Both the position numbers and the translations under genes were made by a program. Under the pieces are notes generated by a model. That model saw only the letters and a program-made list of their open reading frames with translations, did not search any database and was not told the origin of the DNA. A DNA stretch of 64,000 bases from contig OZ024742.1 in the NCBI GenBank assembly GCA_964016885.1, positions 194,122,001-194,186,000 on the forward strand. Reading direction: 5' to 3'. Positions 53,538 through 64,000 of this stretch are shown piece by piece. The DNA is from Eledone cirrhosa (lineage: Eukaryota). How positions within the stretch are numbered: position 1 is the stretch's first letter; each line of letters begins with the position of its first letter.

Positions 53538-54017
53538 TTGTGTTGCAAATAAATGACAGCAAGAGAAAGAAAATGAAAGTAGTAGTGAAGGAGGGAACAG
53601 AGGTATAAGCGAAAAAATGAGAGGGTGTGAGAAAGAGCCCATTTGCGAAAGATCGTTAAGATAATTGTTTCTAAATTTGGCAACAAATCCGATGTAGTGC
53701 CAGTTGGTAACGCGATAGAGTATTCAGATAGTCGAGAAATCAGGGTGATACTAGGAAAAAAAGAGGATTATGCTGCCACGTTTACAATAGTTGGCGAAAA
53801 ACAGATACGAAAACATGACAGAATACGGTAAAAGGTGACAATATCATTTTAACCATCAAATGCTATATTATGTGTAGAAAAACTGACTGAGTTAGGGAAT
53901 ATTAGGAAATTTTTTTAATTCAAAATTGTTGGTGCCACAATACAGATAACTATAACAATTATCTGTAGTTATCAGATATTATTAGATTTATCTGCATTGA
54001 GACCATTATACTTTCAA

Positions 54018-54103
<86 letters not shown>

Positions 54104-54182
54104 TTATTTATTTATTTATATTTATATATATACATATATTATAACCACTGATTATATTACTACTATATATATATATAAAGAG

Positions 54183-54460
54183 TCTAAAGTCTGTCTTAAG
54201 CCAGAAGGCTCATTTAGCCGGTCCTTATCCCAGGTTCATGTCGTGAAACGACTGAGAGTACAAGAATACCCCCAGGACAGGACGTCAGTACATCGCAGGG
54301 CTAAACTCGCAGCGATTGCTGGTACTCCTTTTCAGCTGAGTATACTGGAGCAAAGTGAAATGAAGTGTTTTGCTAAGGAACACAAAACACAACCCAGGAA
54401 TGGAATCCACAACAGTATGATCGTAAGTCCAACACAATTACCACTAGTTCACGTGCCTCC
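54183..54460 (-). mobile_element. tRNA-headed SINE with V-domain-like core
   Basis: Minus strand: GGAGGCACGTG..TAGTGGT head, TGTGTTCCTTAGCAAAACACTT, CCCTGCGATGTACTGACGTCCTGTCCTGGGGGTA (resembles the V-SINE motif). Confidence 0.65.
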
Positions 54461-55414
54461 AATATATATATTATATATATATATATATATATATGTGTGT
54501 CAGTGTGTGTGTGTATGTGTGCGTGTGTGTGTAGGTGTGTGTGTATGTATGTTTTTGTGTGTGTGTGTACTGTATGTGTGTGTATATATTTATATATATA
54601 ATGTGTGTGAATGTATGTGTATTTGAGTGTGTGTTTTGGTATGAACTTTCCTCGTACCTTCTCTAAGAGTTCTTTCCTACTTTATTTCGTTATTTATCTA
54701 ATATCTTGTGGGATTCGAAAGAGATAATAATGTCACACACTTACCAAGATGCAAACAGAAATTTGAACTTTAATTTCATGGGTCATGACTACCACATCGA
54801 ACGATGGACAATCATTTTTTAAGATTTGCAATAACTAGCAATAAATCAATCTCTTTATATTGATTTTATTTGTTTTGTTTTGTTTTGTTGACTTTGGTAA
54901 CGAAGAATAAAATAAACTTTTTATCTCAGTAACAAAAAATACAATGTAGAAAATAACCCAGTTGGACTACACACAATTTTCCAGTAATGTTTGCATTGTC
55001 CATTGGAGGATAGCCAGATAGATAGTCCTTGTAGTACAGAGGTTGCATTATATTTAATGGACTAGAAAGAATAAATGGATATTTTCTTGTTCTTGTCTGT
55101 AAAACGAAATTCCCATAATTCATGGCTGATAATGCTGTCCGTAAACAAACAGAATATATATATCATGCCTTGCTTGCTCAAATAATACTCTACTGAGCAC
55201 AGCCACAAAGACTAAATATTGGATATCGATCATTTCATATGCTAGTTCTTCAAACAGTACCCTAATTATGACAGCTTAATGTTAGCGAAAGTTTATCGAA
55301 AGCCATTATCTTGCTGTATACGTCAGTTGATTTAGACGACTGGATTCAATATAGGTTAATAAATCGTATTTTCATTTCTTTCCTCTTCGATGCCACAAAC
55401 ATTATGTACTAAAG

Positions 55415-55598
55415 GGCGGTGGATTGGCAGTATCAGTAGAGGGTCGGACGCCATGCTTTCCATCATAATTACGTCCCTTTACGATCTGAGTTCAAATCCT
55501 GCCGAGGTTGACTTTGCCTTTCATCCTTACGGGGTCGATAAAATAAAGTACCAGTAATGCACTGGGTAATTGCTGGCCTTGTGCCTAAAGTAGAAACA
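55415..55598 (+). mobile_element. Full-length tRNA-type SINE with TSD
   Basis: A/B boxes; direct repeat ATTATGTACTAAAGG at 55401-55415 and 55599-55613. Confidence 0.92.
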
Positions 55599-55979
55599 AT
55601 TATGTACTAAAGGAAAACAACACAGTCAGATTCTTTAGTATACAGTCTGACATTGTTAACAAATTATTAAAATATTTCTGCTGACAGATACACTGCATAC
55701 AGTGGAAGGTTTTGAGACTCGCCCAAGCATTAGTTACGTTTAATATGGTAGTTCTGAAATTTCCTGAATTCAAATATGATTCATGCGCGATACACCGATC
55801 TAATTTCAAACACCCACCTAATTCACAATATTTTAACATGTCTATTTGTTCATACTTAGCATTGATATGAATAACGCTGTATATATTTTGTTAGAATAAA
55901 TAAAACCTTATAAATCGAAGATAACATATCGTGTGTGGTATAAAACCTATTCTCTTGGCAGCTGAGCATATTTAGGATA

Positions 55980-56195
55980 TGCATTGCAGACAAGATGGCG
56001 ACATTCTGGCCTCGAAGAACAGCTACTGATAACCTCTGTAGCATCTATTCTTTCTCATGCTACTCATTCTTGCCTCATGATCTTATCTGGATATAGAAGA
56101 TGACCAAAGGATTACAGGGAACGATGACACCAGAAGTCACAGTAGCGAACTTCACAAAGATAAATCTCTCCGTTAAGTCCTGATAAGAGGTCATC
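55980..56195 (-). pseudogene. CRE-clade non-LTR element C-terminal (REL endonuclease) remnant
   Basis: YQDLTERFIFVKFATVTSGV followed by LQRLSVAVLRGQNVAILSA, resembling KY.DL...Y.FVP.A.ET.G and QRLSVA.QRGNA..I. Confidence 0.55.
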
Positions 56196-56270
56196 AAACA
56201 ATGAACATAAATTTAGATGTAGTATCTTTTACAAATTTTCTTCTGCACAGCAAATATTCAGTGATATATA

Positions 56271-56675
56271 CAGGGTTTACCAGAATTTATGACTCGCTTG
56301 TTAGTTATATTTATTAACATGCTTATTTTATTGATACTGTATTGTTTTAATTTATTATTTTATTTCTTAATATAATTAGCAGGTTTCTAAGAGCGATAGA
56401 TTGGCAGTTTCGATAGAGGGTCGGAAGCCATGCTTTGCAGCATAGAGTTATGCCCCTTTATGATCTGAGTTCAAATCCCACCGAGGTTAACTTTGCCTTT
56501 CATCCTTATAGGGTCGATTTAATCGACTTTCACCTCCTCAAAAATTGGTGGCCTTTTGCCTATAAAAGAAGCCAATATACTTAGCAGGTTTTTTTAATTT
56601 ATATGTTTTTATTTCTTAATATTGTTAATAGATCTATACATAATCACTTGAGTCATGAATTCTGGCCCAGCCTCT
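56271..56675. mobile_element. Degenerate MITE-like element with a SINE (about 56392-56575, +) inserted
   Basis: Imperfect TIRs CAGGGTTTACCAGAATTTATGACTC / GAGTCATGAATTCTGGCCCAGCCTCT; the internal SINE is flanked by direct repeat TTAGCAGGTTT. Confidence 0.55.
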
Positions 56676-56975
56676 TTATGTTTTGAAACCATAACAGTCT
56701 TACATAGTTGCGTACCTAGCTTCAGAGCAAATACATCTTAAAGCGATAGATTATAGCCACTTTGTCTGTACTCGCGAAAGATCTCGTTGTATCAATGTTA
56801 TGGTTGTGTTTCGTAACAATTTGTTTCGCAGAACAACCCTAGCCCTAGCATATGTTTATAATTTAAATTACGGAGGGAAAGAGAGTGAAACAGACAGGTA
56901 TCATTTTGTATATTCAGTTTGCATCAATTTGCATTAAACTCGACATATGTATATTTATATCCCTATATATATATA

Positions 56976-57358
56976 TACTAATAGCAGTACCCAGCGTTGC
57001 TTGGGTGGGTAAAATAATATCTGCTTTGATGAAAAGGTGTTGAGCTTAGCGACTGCTTCTCGATCATGGCCACACACAGGTCATGCGGAGAAACGCGGCT
57101 GACTGACGAAGGGGCAGGCTGGGGAAGGGAGGTAATGACCTCTAACACAAAGCCAAATTTCCTACGCTACTTGATTGGAAACTTATGAATGTTATGGAAT
57201 CGCTCCCGTAAGTTTTTGATTTTTAACATATTTAAAACAATTGTGATGTAACAATTCGTAGCACAAATGGGACATAAAGCTCCAGGCATACCTTTCAGGA
57301 AATTTGGATCCATAATATCCTGTTATAACGCTAAAATATTCAATTTTATATTATGAAT
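56976..57358 (+). mobile_element. Possible Helentron-associated non-autonomous element
   Basis: Starts ACTAATAGCAGTACCCAGCGTTGCTTGGGT (terminal hairpin typical of HINE/DINE-like repeats) after (TA)n; the 3' end is uncertain. Confidence 0.35.
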
Positions 57359-58129
57359 TTTATATTCAGAAAAGAAAATGGTTATAAATGGAAGAAAACC
57401 CCCTCTGTCTACACTATATAGAACAACCAAATAACAGCATTTCACCAACACCACAAACTAGATGCACCACCTATCCCATCAGCCCTCTGTGTACACTAAA
57501 TACAACTGTCAGATAACGGCAATTTCACCACCACCACCACCAATTCCAGCATAATAATAATAATTACTATTATTGTGTCTCAAGTTTTCTCAAAATGTTT
57601 AATTCAAATATTAAGGAAATATGACAACACATATATTAAACAGACGCGACAAACTGCATACTACTACAGTATCAAACAAACGCATACTACAGATCAAACA
57701 AACGCATACTACTACAGTATATTTAACAAAACTCAGTAACGACAACGCTATAGTCACCGCCGCCACCACTCCATCATTGCTACGACTATCCCATCACATC
57801 CGCCACCACACCTTCATTGCTACCACCACTATTCCACCACTACCTTCTGTAAACTTAAGAAAGGGGAAGGTGGCGGTATCACTAGACAAGGGAAAGGCTA
57901 GCAAAATATATAAATAGACTGACTTAGTGACCCGGTCAAACGTCAACGGTCATGGCACTGCTGGCTCCCCCATTCCCCACCAACAATAGAAAAAGCCCCA
58001 GCACAACCACCGTCTTAGCCAACAACAATAACAGACAACTTCAACAAAAAGTATATTATATTATTAATAATAATTTCAGTTTTAAGCCACGCAATCTTCA
58101 CATTAAGGAACCACTCATAATAATAACAA

Positions 58130-61100
58130 TTTAAAAAACAACAAAAAAGAAAACCCCGTGGCCAAGAAATACCGAGATGGCGGCCGACACTCGTCTTGGT
58201 CGACACTCGTCCTAGAAGTGGTAACACGAAAGGATTACCCCTTGGCGGTTAAGGATAAAACGCGACAAAATAAAGTAAATGTCAAATGATAAAATCTCAT
58301 ACCGGATCGTCCGTCACCCGGGTCAAAAAGGGCCGCGTCCCTCAGAGAGGAACCAGACTGGGGTCGAAAAATCAGCTAATGGTTCAAACCTTCCCACGAC
58401 TTTGGAGCTGGAGACCTGCCATAACCCGAATACTCCTACTTTTTGCTCTCCATGCTCACCACCAAGAAATCCAAAGAAAAAGAAAGAAAATGGTCAAGGG
58501 AAGACAATAAAGAAGACCTTGAGGCTTTCTACACGGCCATGTACTACCCATCAAATACATCGAACACAGAACAGACATATATCAACTGGAAAAAGAAACA
58601 TCCCGAAAACAGAGGCTATATTGACACTAACAAACTAGACAATATATGAAGAAATATTGTTAAAAAAAGTTACTAACCGATATAGAAATTGATCAGATCA
58701 AGCTATTAGCACAAAGTCAGCGAAGGGAAAATGAAACATGTGTCAGTGAAAACGAGGTAAATTGTAACACTTCGAATCCCAGGGTTGGGGCGGAATCACT
58801 GACAACAGAACAAATTAAAGAAAGGATCGAAGAAGTGGAGGGAGTGCATGCTCAAGATGAAACTCAAATGAAAACAATGAGATCGTAAATGATAAAGAAA
58901 TGAATGAGATGAACTTGCCAACTTGAAGGATGAAATTATGAACGAATGGATGAAAATGAAAGAATCTGAAATGGAGGAACGAGACACTCTCCCTAAGATC
59001 TACAACTCCAAACAGACCCAAAATATAATACACAAGACTAACATAATTCTCAAAAACATTATCATCACAAACAAACTAAACATTACAGATTTAAATTATC
59101 TCTATTATGCATCGGCTAAAGTCACCACTCACTTATGTGGAGTGAAAATGAAAAAAACAAGGGAAATCCCACAAGAAATCTACTTGGCAAGAGAACATCA
59201 ATCGCCAATTAAAGCTTCTCCAATCTGACATAGAAATTTTAACAAACTACAAAGTAGGTGAACAAGTTAAACAAACTAAACTGAGAAATTGAAAAGAAAA
59301 TACAGTATAAAATCAACAAGTGACATAGACATGCTGGTAGAAAATAATCAAGCAAAAACTGTCGGCCAAAGCTGCTCGTATAAGGCGCTTTGAAAAACGA
59401 CCTAGATTATACAAGGACAATAATATGTTCAAAAACAACCAAAGAAACTTCTACAGAAAAATTGGCAAGTCAACAATAACTGCTAAATCAATACCACCCA
59501 AGGAGGAAGTGCAAACATTCTGGGAAAAGATCTGGTCAGAAGAAAAATTTCATAATATACATGTCCCATGGTTAGACAGACAAATGAAAGATACAGCTCA
59601 CCTTGAGGAAAAAATATGGGAAAATATAACAGTTGAACAGTTGCGTTTGGCTCTTAGAAAAACCAGCAAATGGAATCTCCAGAAAAGACAAAATACCAAA
59701 TGTTTGGATAAATGCTTTCACAGAGTCTCATGAGCAGTTATCCCAACTTTACAATGAAATAGTTAAGGAGCAAGAAAAGATACCATCATGGCTAGTTAAC
59801 CGCATTACATTCCTGCTTCCGAAGAATGATGAGACAAACAATCCCAAAAATTACAGACCGATAACTTGCTTGACCACAATGTATAACATTTTAACATCAG
59901 TCCTAACTAAATATACATATGACCACCTGATAGCAAATGATATATTTCCCAATGAGCAGAAAGGGTGTAAACGAGGCTCATATGGCTCTAAGGATCAGCT
60001 TTTGGTTAACAAAATGATACTGGAAGATTGTCATAATAGACACAAACATCTATCAGTTGCTTGGATAGATTATAAAAAAGCATTCGATAGTTTGTCACAC
60101 AGTTGGATTGAAAAATGTTTAGAGATTTTCAAAATATCTCCCGTTGTCAGGAGGTTTTTGTCATTCAGTATGAAGACATGGAAAACGACACTCCTTTTGA
60201 ATAGTGAAAAAAAAATCACTGGAAGCTGGAGAATTTAATATTAATTGTGGAATTTTTCAAGGTGACTCTTTATCACCTTTTTTATTCTGCATCGCACTTA
60301 TACCATTAAGTAAAATGATCAATGAAACAAAACATGGATATAAAGTCTATGACAAAACCATTAATCCATTGTTCTACATGGAAGACCTGAAATTATTTGA
60401 AAAAAATGATGGACAATTGCAAGGGCTATTATCCATTGTGGAGCAGTTCAGTGATGACATTAAAATGGAGTTTGGACTAGATAAATGCGCCAAAGCAACG
60501 TTCACCAGAGGAAAGCTGCTGAAAGGTTCAGACATTAATCATGATCGGGGGAATGTGATAAGAGAACTTGACCAAGAGGAAATTTACAAATATCTAGGTG
60601 TTTGTGAAGGAGACGGAATCAAGCTCTCGACAATGAAGGAAAGGATAAGGAAGGAATGTTACCGCAGAGTAAGAGCAATCTTAAGAACGGGATTGAATGC
60701 AAGGAATAGGATCGATGCCATAAACACGCTGGCCATACATGTAGTAACCTACAGTTACAATGTCATCAACTGGTCAAGCACAGAGATCGGTAGGCTCGAT
60801 ACAAAAATTAGAAAATTCTTAGCCATGCACAGAATGCATCACCCTAAGGCAGATACATATATAATATATCTCCCTAGGAAAGAAGGAGGACGTGGGTTAA
60901 TCCAGTAAGATATTGCGTTGAAAACTGCAACAATTGGATTATCTACATATCTAAGGGAATCACATGATTGGATGATCAACACGTTTTGAAACACGAAAGC
61001 ATCAAAAGATCATACTCCATTACAAAAGATTCACAAAGATACAGTAATGGACTATAAATTTCAGAAGTCCCATTTACTGGTGAAATGGAACACACAGAAA

Positions 61101-62040
61101 AAGCATAGCAGGTAAAAGTAACTGCAAAGAAAGAATTGCTACAGAAACTGGCTAAGAAATGGCAAGAATAGCCTCTGTATGGAAAATACCCTGAAAGAGC
61201 TAACAATCCTGCTGTTGACAAAATGTTAACCCATCAGTGGTTGGCATCCTCTGGACTGAAATCGGAGACTGAAGGACTGACTGTATCAGCACAAAATCTG
61301 TGTCTGTCAACAAAGAATTATCAACCCATTATGCGTGTATGTTAAAAACAACCAGAGACCATTGATCATATAATTTCAATGTGCAGTCCTATAGCTCCAA
61401 CAGAATACCAAAACAGGCATGATAGAGCTGCACAATACATACATTGGATAATGTGTAAGCATTTTGACCTGCCCCATCAGAAGAATTGGTGGGAGCATCA
61501 ACCACCTCCCATACTTGAAAATGATCACATCTCAATCTTGTGGAACTTTAGCATCCAAACAGACCGAAAAATAGATGCAAATAGACCTGATATAATACTG
61601 AAGGACTTTAAAAATAGGGTATGCCTGCTAATTGATATGTAAGTTCCAATAGACAAGAATGTATCTATAAAAATATTTGAAAAGTTGAGCAAGTATAAGG
61701 ACCTGGAGATAGAAATTGGAAAAATGTGGAAATTGAGAACTAAAACAATACCAGTGGTTGTAGGCGCTCTAGGAATGATACCTAAGGGGTCTAATGATTA
61801 CTTATTACAAATAATAGGAAACCCGCGTATAGGAGAAATACAAAAGATAGTACTAATGGGAACATCCCATATACTAAGGAACATTCTGTCAATATAAGTA
61901 CATCACAAGTCTAAACACCTAAAGAGGCATGTGTGTGTATGTATGTTCTGTCTTGAACATGGTGGACCTTGTTGTCTCTTGAGGTCACTGGTTGTGACTT
62001 GGTGATAACTCGTATGAACATAAAGCAAGATAAATGCAAC

Positions 62041-62109
<69 letters not shown>
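58130..62109 (+). mobile_element. R4/Dong-clade non-LTR retrotransposon (RT + REL endonuclease), near full length, decayed, (AAT)n tail
   Basis: F..NQRNFYR, NYRPITCLTT, EQKGCKRGSYGSKDQL, AWIDYKKAFDS, GIFQGDSLSP, FYMEDLKLF, FGLDKCA, YKYLG, YLPRKEGGRGL, ETIDHIISMC..RHD, NRPDII..LID, EKLSKYKDL, PVVVGALG; (AAT)n at 62043-62109. 5' end approximate. Confidence 0.93.
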
Positions 62110-62110
<1 letters not shown>

Positions 62111-64000
62111 TTTTCTTTATTAACCACAAGGGTTCACATAAAGTAGACATTAAGGACAGTACAGGACAATACAGGACGGTACAAATGGGCATTTCTGCGT
62201 GTAAAAAAAACAGAGGTTGAAATAAAATAACAAAGAAAAATTCCCCAATAGGGGGGAGACTTCCAAGGGACATTTGTGGAGAAAGCCCATTAAAAGACCA
62301 CAGTGGCCCTGACCACCAGGGCAAGTGCCCTCTGCCAGTTTTCCACCTTTAATTTACAGACACATACTCAGAGAAGGCCCATTCATTCGGGCCATACTTG
62401 CTTCTCTCACCCATCTTTCAACAAAATGCTGGGAAGAGAGCACTTCCCTCTCTACCCTGATTTTCCTTTTCAAATGAAATTTGAAAAAGTTAATCAGGGC
62501 ATCACCGAAGAGGTAAGTGCTCGTCTTCAGCCCTTTCAAACGTGTCCACCATACTATCTCTTTCGCCATGGCCACCAGACAGATAAAAACTGCCTGCCCT
62601 TCCAGGCTAAAGGAAGGGGGCGGGGCAATCCTCACGATGGACTCAGCTGATAGCTGGATCCGTCCTACACGTGACAGAAGGTGTTCGACATAAACCCACA
62701 AGTCAGCAATGCTCGGACACTGGACGAGTGCGTGCAGGACGGTTTCGTCGCCCTGCGCGCATCTCGGACATACCCGGCTGACGGCACCTCCATGCCTGTA
62801 GAGTTTATCCCGAACTGGCAAAGCTCCTCGGTAGCACTGCCAGGCCAGGGATTTCTGGAAGTTGTCCATAGGCCCCGGCCCGAAAGTCCTTCCGAAGAGA
62901 TTGGCTAGTTGATTTTCCTCGACGCCTAGAGTTTCCCCAAGTACGTCGTCGCTCTTCCCCTCCACTAATCCCCTATAGAACGCCAAGGTGGAGTTTCCAC
63001 CGATCACATTGCCCGATTGGTCGAGGGCTGTGAGCGCCTGAAGATATTCCAGTCTCCAAGCGCTCCCTCTCGGTCTTCGCTTGACCCAGGACTGCAGCTC
63101 CGTCAAGGAGACGAGCTGGGGAAAAACGTGTCTTGCAAACGGCGACCACACCTGATCACCGTCGAGGAAGAGGTGGAGATGTCGTAGCCTGAGCGCGTGT
63201 CTGCGCATCATCAGCCACGGCATGCCCAGCCCGCCACGTAGCGGGTGTTGACAGCAGATGGACCGCCTGACCATCGGAGCGCGTCCCTTCCACAAGAAGC
63301 GAAAGAGCAAACGCTCCAGCGCAGTCAGGCGGGGCTTAGGACAAGGTACGACGGTCAGGCGGTAGTAGATGACGGATGCGATGTACGCATTCGCCACCTC
63401 CGCTCGACCTTTCAAGGATAGCTTCCTCTCGGCCCATTTCTGGGTGAGAGAAGCCACCCTGCTCGTCACCTCGTTTTTGTCCGTCTGGAGGTCTGGACCG
63501 AACCAGACCCCCAGCAATTTAACCGGTCCGTCCGTCCAGCGCCCGACGACGCTGTTGGACGGCATGGACCTGCCTCTCCAGGTGCCGAGCTGCAGGCCCA
63601 CTGACTTTTCCTGGTTGATCATTGCTCCTGTCACCGCTTCGTATTCTCTTAGTGTAGTGCCGATCGCCTCGATGTGTTTGGCGTTCGACACCACTACGGT
63701 GACATTGTCGGCATATGCTGACACGGATCTTCCGCATCCTAGTTCGCGCGGGACCCCCCTCAACGTCTCCAGTTTGTGCAGTAATGGCTCGAGAGTCAAT
63801 ACGTACAATAGGGACGAGAGGGGACATCCTTGGCGGACCGAGCGCATGATGTTGAACGGTTCCGAAAGGTGACCGTTCACTCTCACTACAGAGCAGATGT
63901 CGCTGTGCATGGCAGCGATCCAGCCTCTGAAGACGGGCCCAAAGCCAGCCGCCCTCAGGACTGCCGTTAGGTAACGATGGTCGACCCTATCGAAGGCTTT
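62110..64000 (-). mobile_element. Tx1/L1-clade LINE 3' part (continues beyond the window)
   Basis: Homologous to 43470-46928; the 3' UTR ends AATAAAGAAAAC directly at the (AAT)n tract. Confidence 0.93.
62354..64000 (-). CDS. Tx1/L1 ORF2 C-terminal part (RT + Cys-rich domain), open to the window edge
   Basis: KAFDRVDH at the edge is in frame with the 518-aa ORF (RQGCPLS, YADN, KLLGVWF, CPRC..ETVLHALVQC). Confidence 0.85.
   Translation of the reverse strand, partial: KAFDRVDHRYLTAVLRAAGFGPVFRGWIAAMHSDICSVVRVNGHLSEPFNIMRSVRQGCPLSSLLYVLTLEPLLHKLETLRGVPRELGCGRSVSAYADNVTVVVSNAKHIEAIGTTLREYEAVTGAMINQEKSVGLQLGTWRGRSMPSNSVVGRWTDGPVKLLGVWFGPDLQTDKNEVTSRVASLTQKWAERKLSLKGRAEVANAYIASVIYYRLTVVPCPKPRLTALERLLFRFLWKGRAPMVRRSICCQHPLRGGLGMPWLMMRRHALRLRHLHLFLDGDQVWSPFARHVFPQLVSLTELQSWVKRRPRGSAWRLEYLQALTALDQSGNVIGGNSTLAFYRGLVEGKSDDVLGETLGVEENQLANLFGRTFGPGPMDNFQKSLAWQCYRGALPVRDKLYRHGGAVSRVCPRCAQGDETVLHALVQCPSIADLWVYVEHLLSRVGRIQLSAESIVRIAPPPSFSLEGQAVFICLVAMAKEIVWWTRLKGLKTSTYLFGDALINFFKFHLKRKIRVEREVLSSQHFVERWVREASMARMNGPSLSMCL

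Noticed and set aside
54926-55123. 65-aa minus-strand ORF as a host exon
   Set aside because: No recognisable homology and no convincing splice-site pair.
58150-58400. HDV-like ribozyme in the R4/Dong 5' region
   Set aside because: Some helices are present (GGCCAAG/CTTGGTC, GGTAA/TTACC), but I could not assemble the P1-P1.1-P2-P3-P4 pseudoknot by eye.
63369-63872. Antisense ORFs over the Tx1 copies (also 45319-45672)
   Set aside because: Shadow ORFs of GC-rich coding sequence on the opposite strand.

Overview
AT-rich eukaryotic (animal) intergenic or intronic DNA made almost entirely of transposable elements and (TA)n/(TG)n/(AAT)n microsatellites. The SINE families resemble those of octopus/coleoid cephalopods (inference from recalled repeat sequence). 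I cannot support any host protein-coding gene; most short ORFs in the track are translated microsatellites. Recognisable elements: five decayed Penelope-like retroelements (PLEs; RT plus C-terminal GIY-YIG) of two types, two Tx1/L1-clade LINE copies, one near-full-length decayed R4/Dong-clade LINE, RTE and CRE remnants, a hAT transposon with TIRs and an 8-bp TSD, and many tRNA-type SINEs. The most striking signal is about 16 type-I minimal hammerhead ribozyme motifs (some degenerate) on both strands. They include a non-coding ~420-540 bp tandem-monomer family with one hammerhead per monomer at two loci (30449-31593, 49309-50048). This family looks like a PLE-mobilised, retrozyme-like element, and one insertion junction falls at the predicted self-cleavage site. 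All RNA structures were paired by eye and none is shown to be active.
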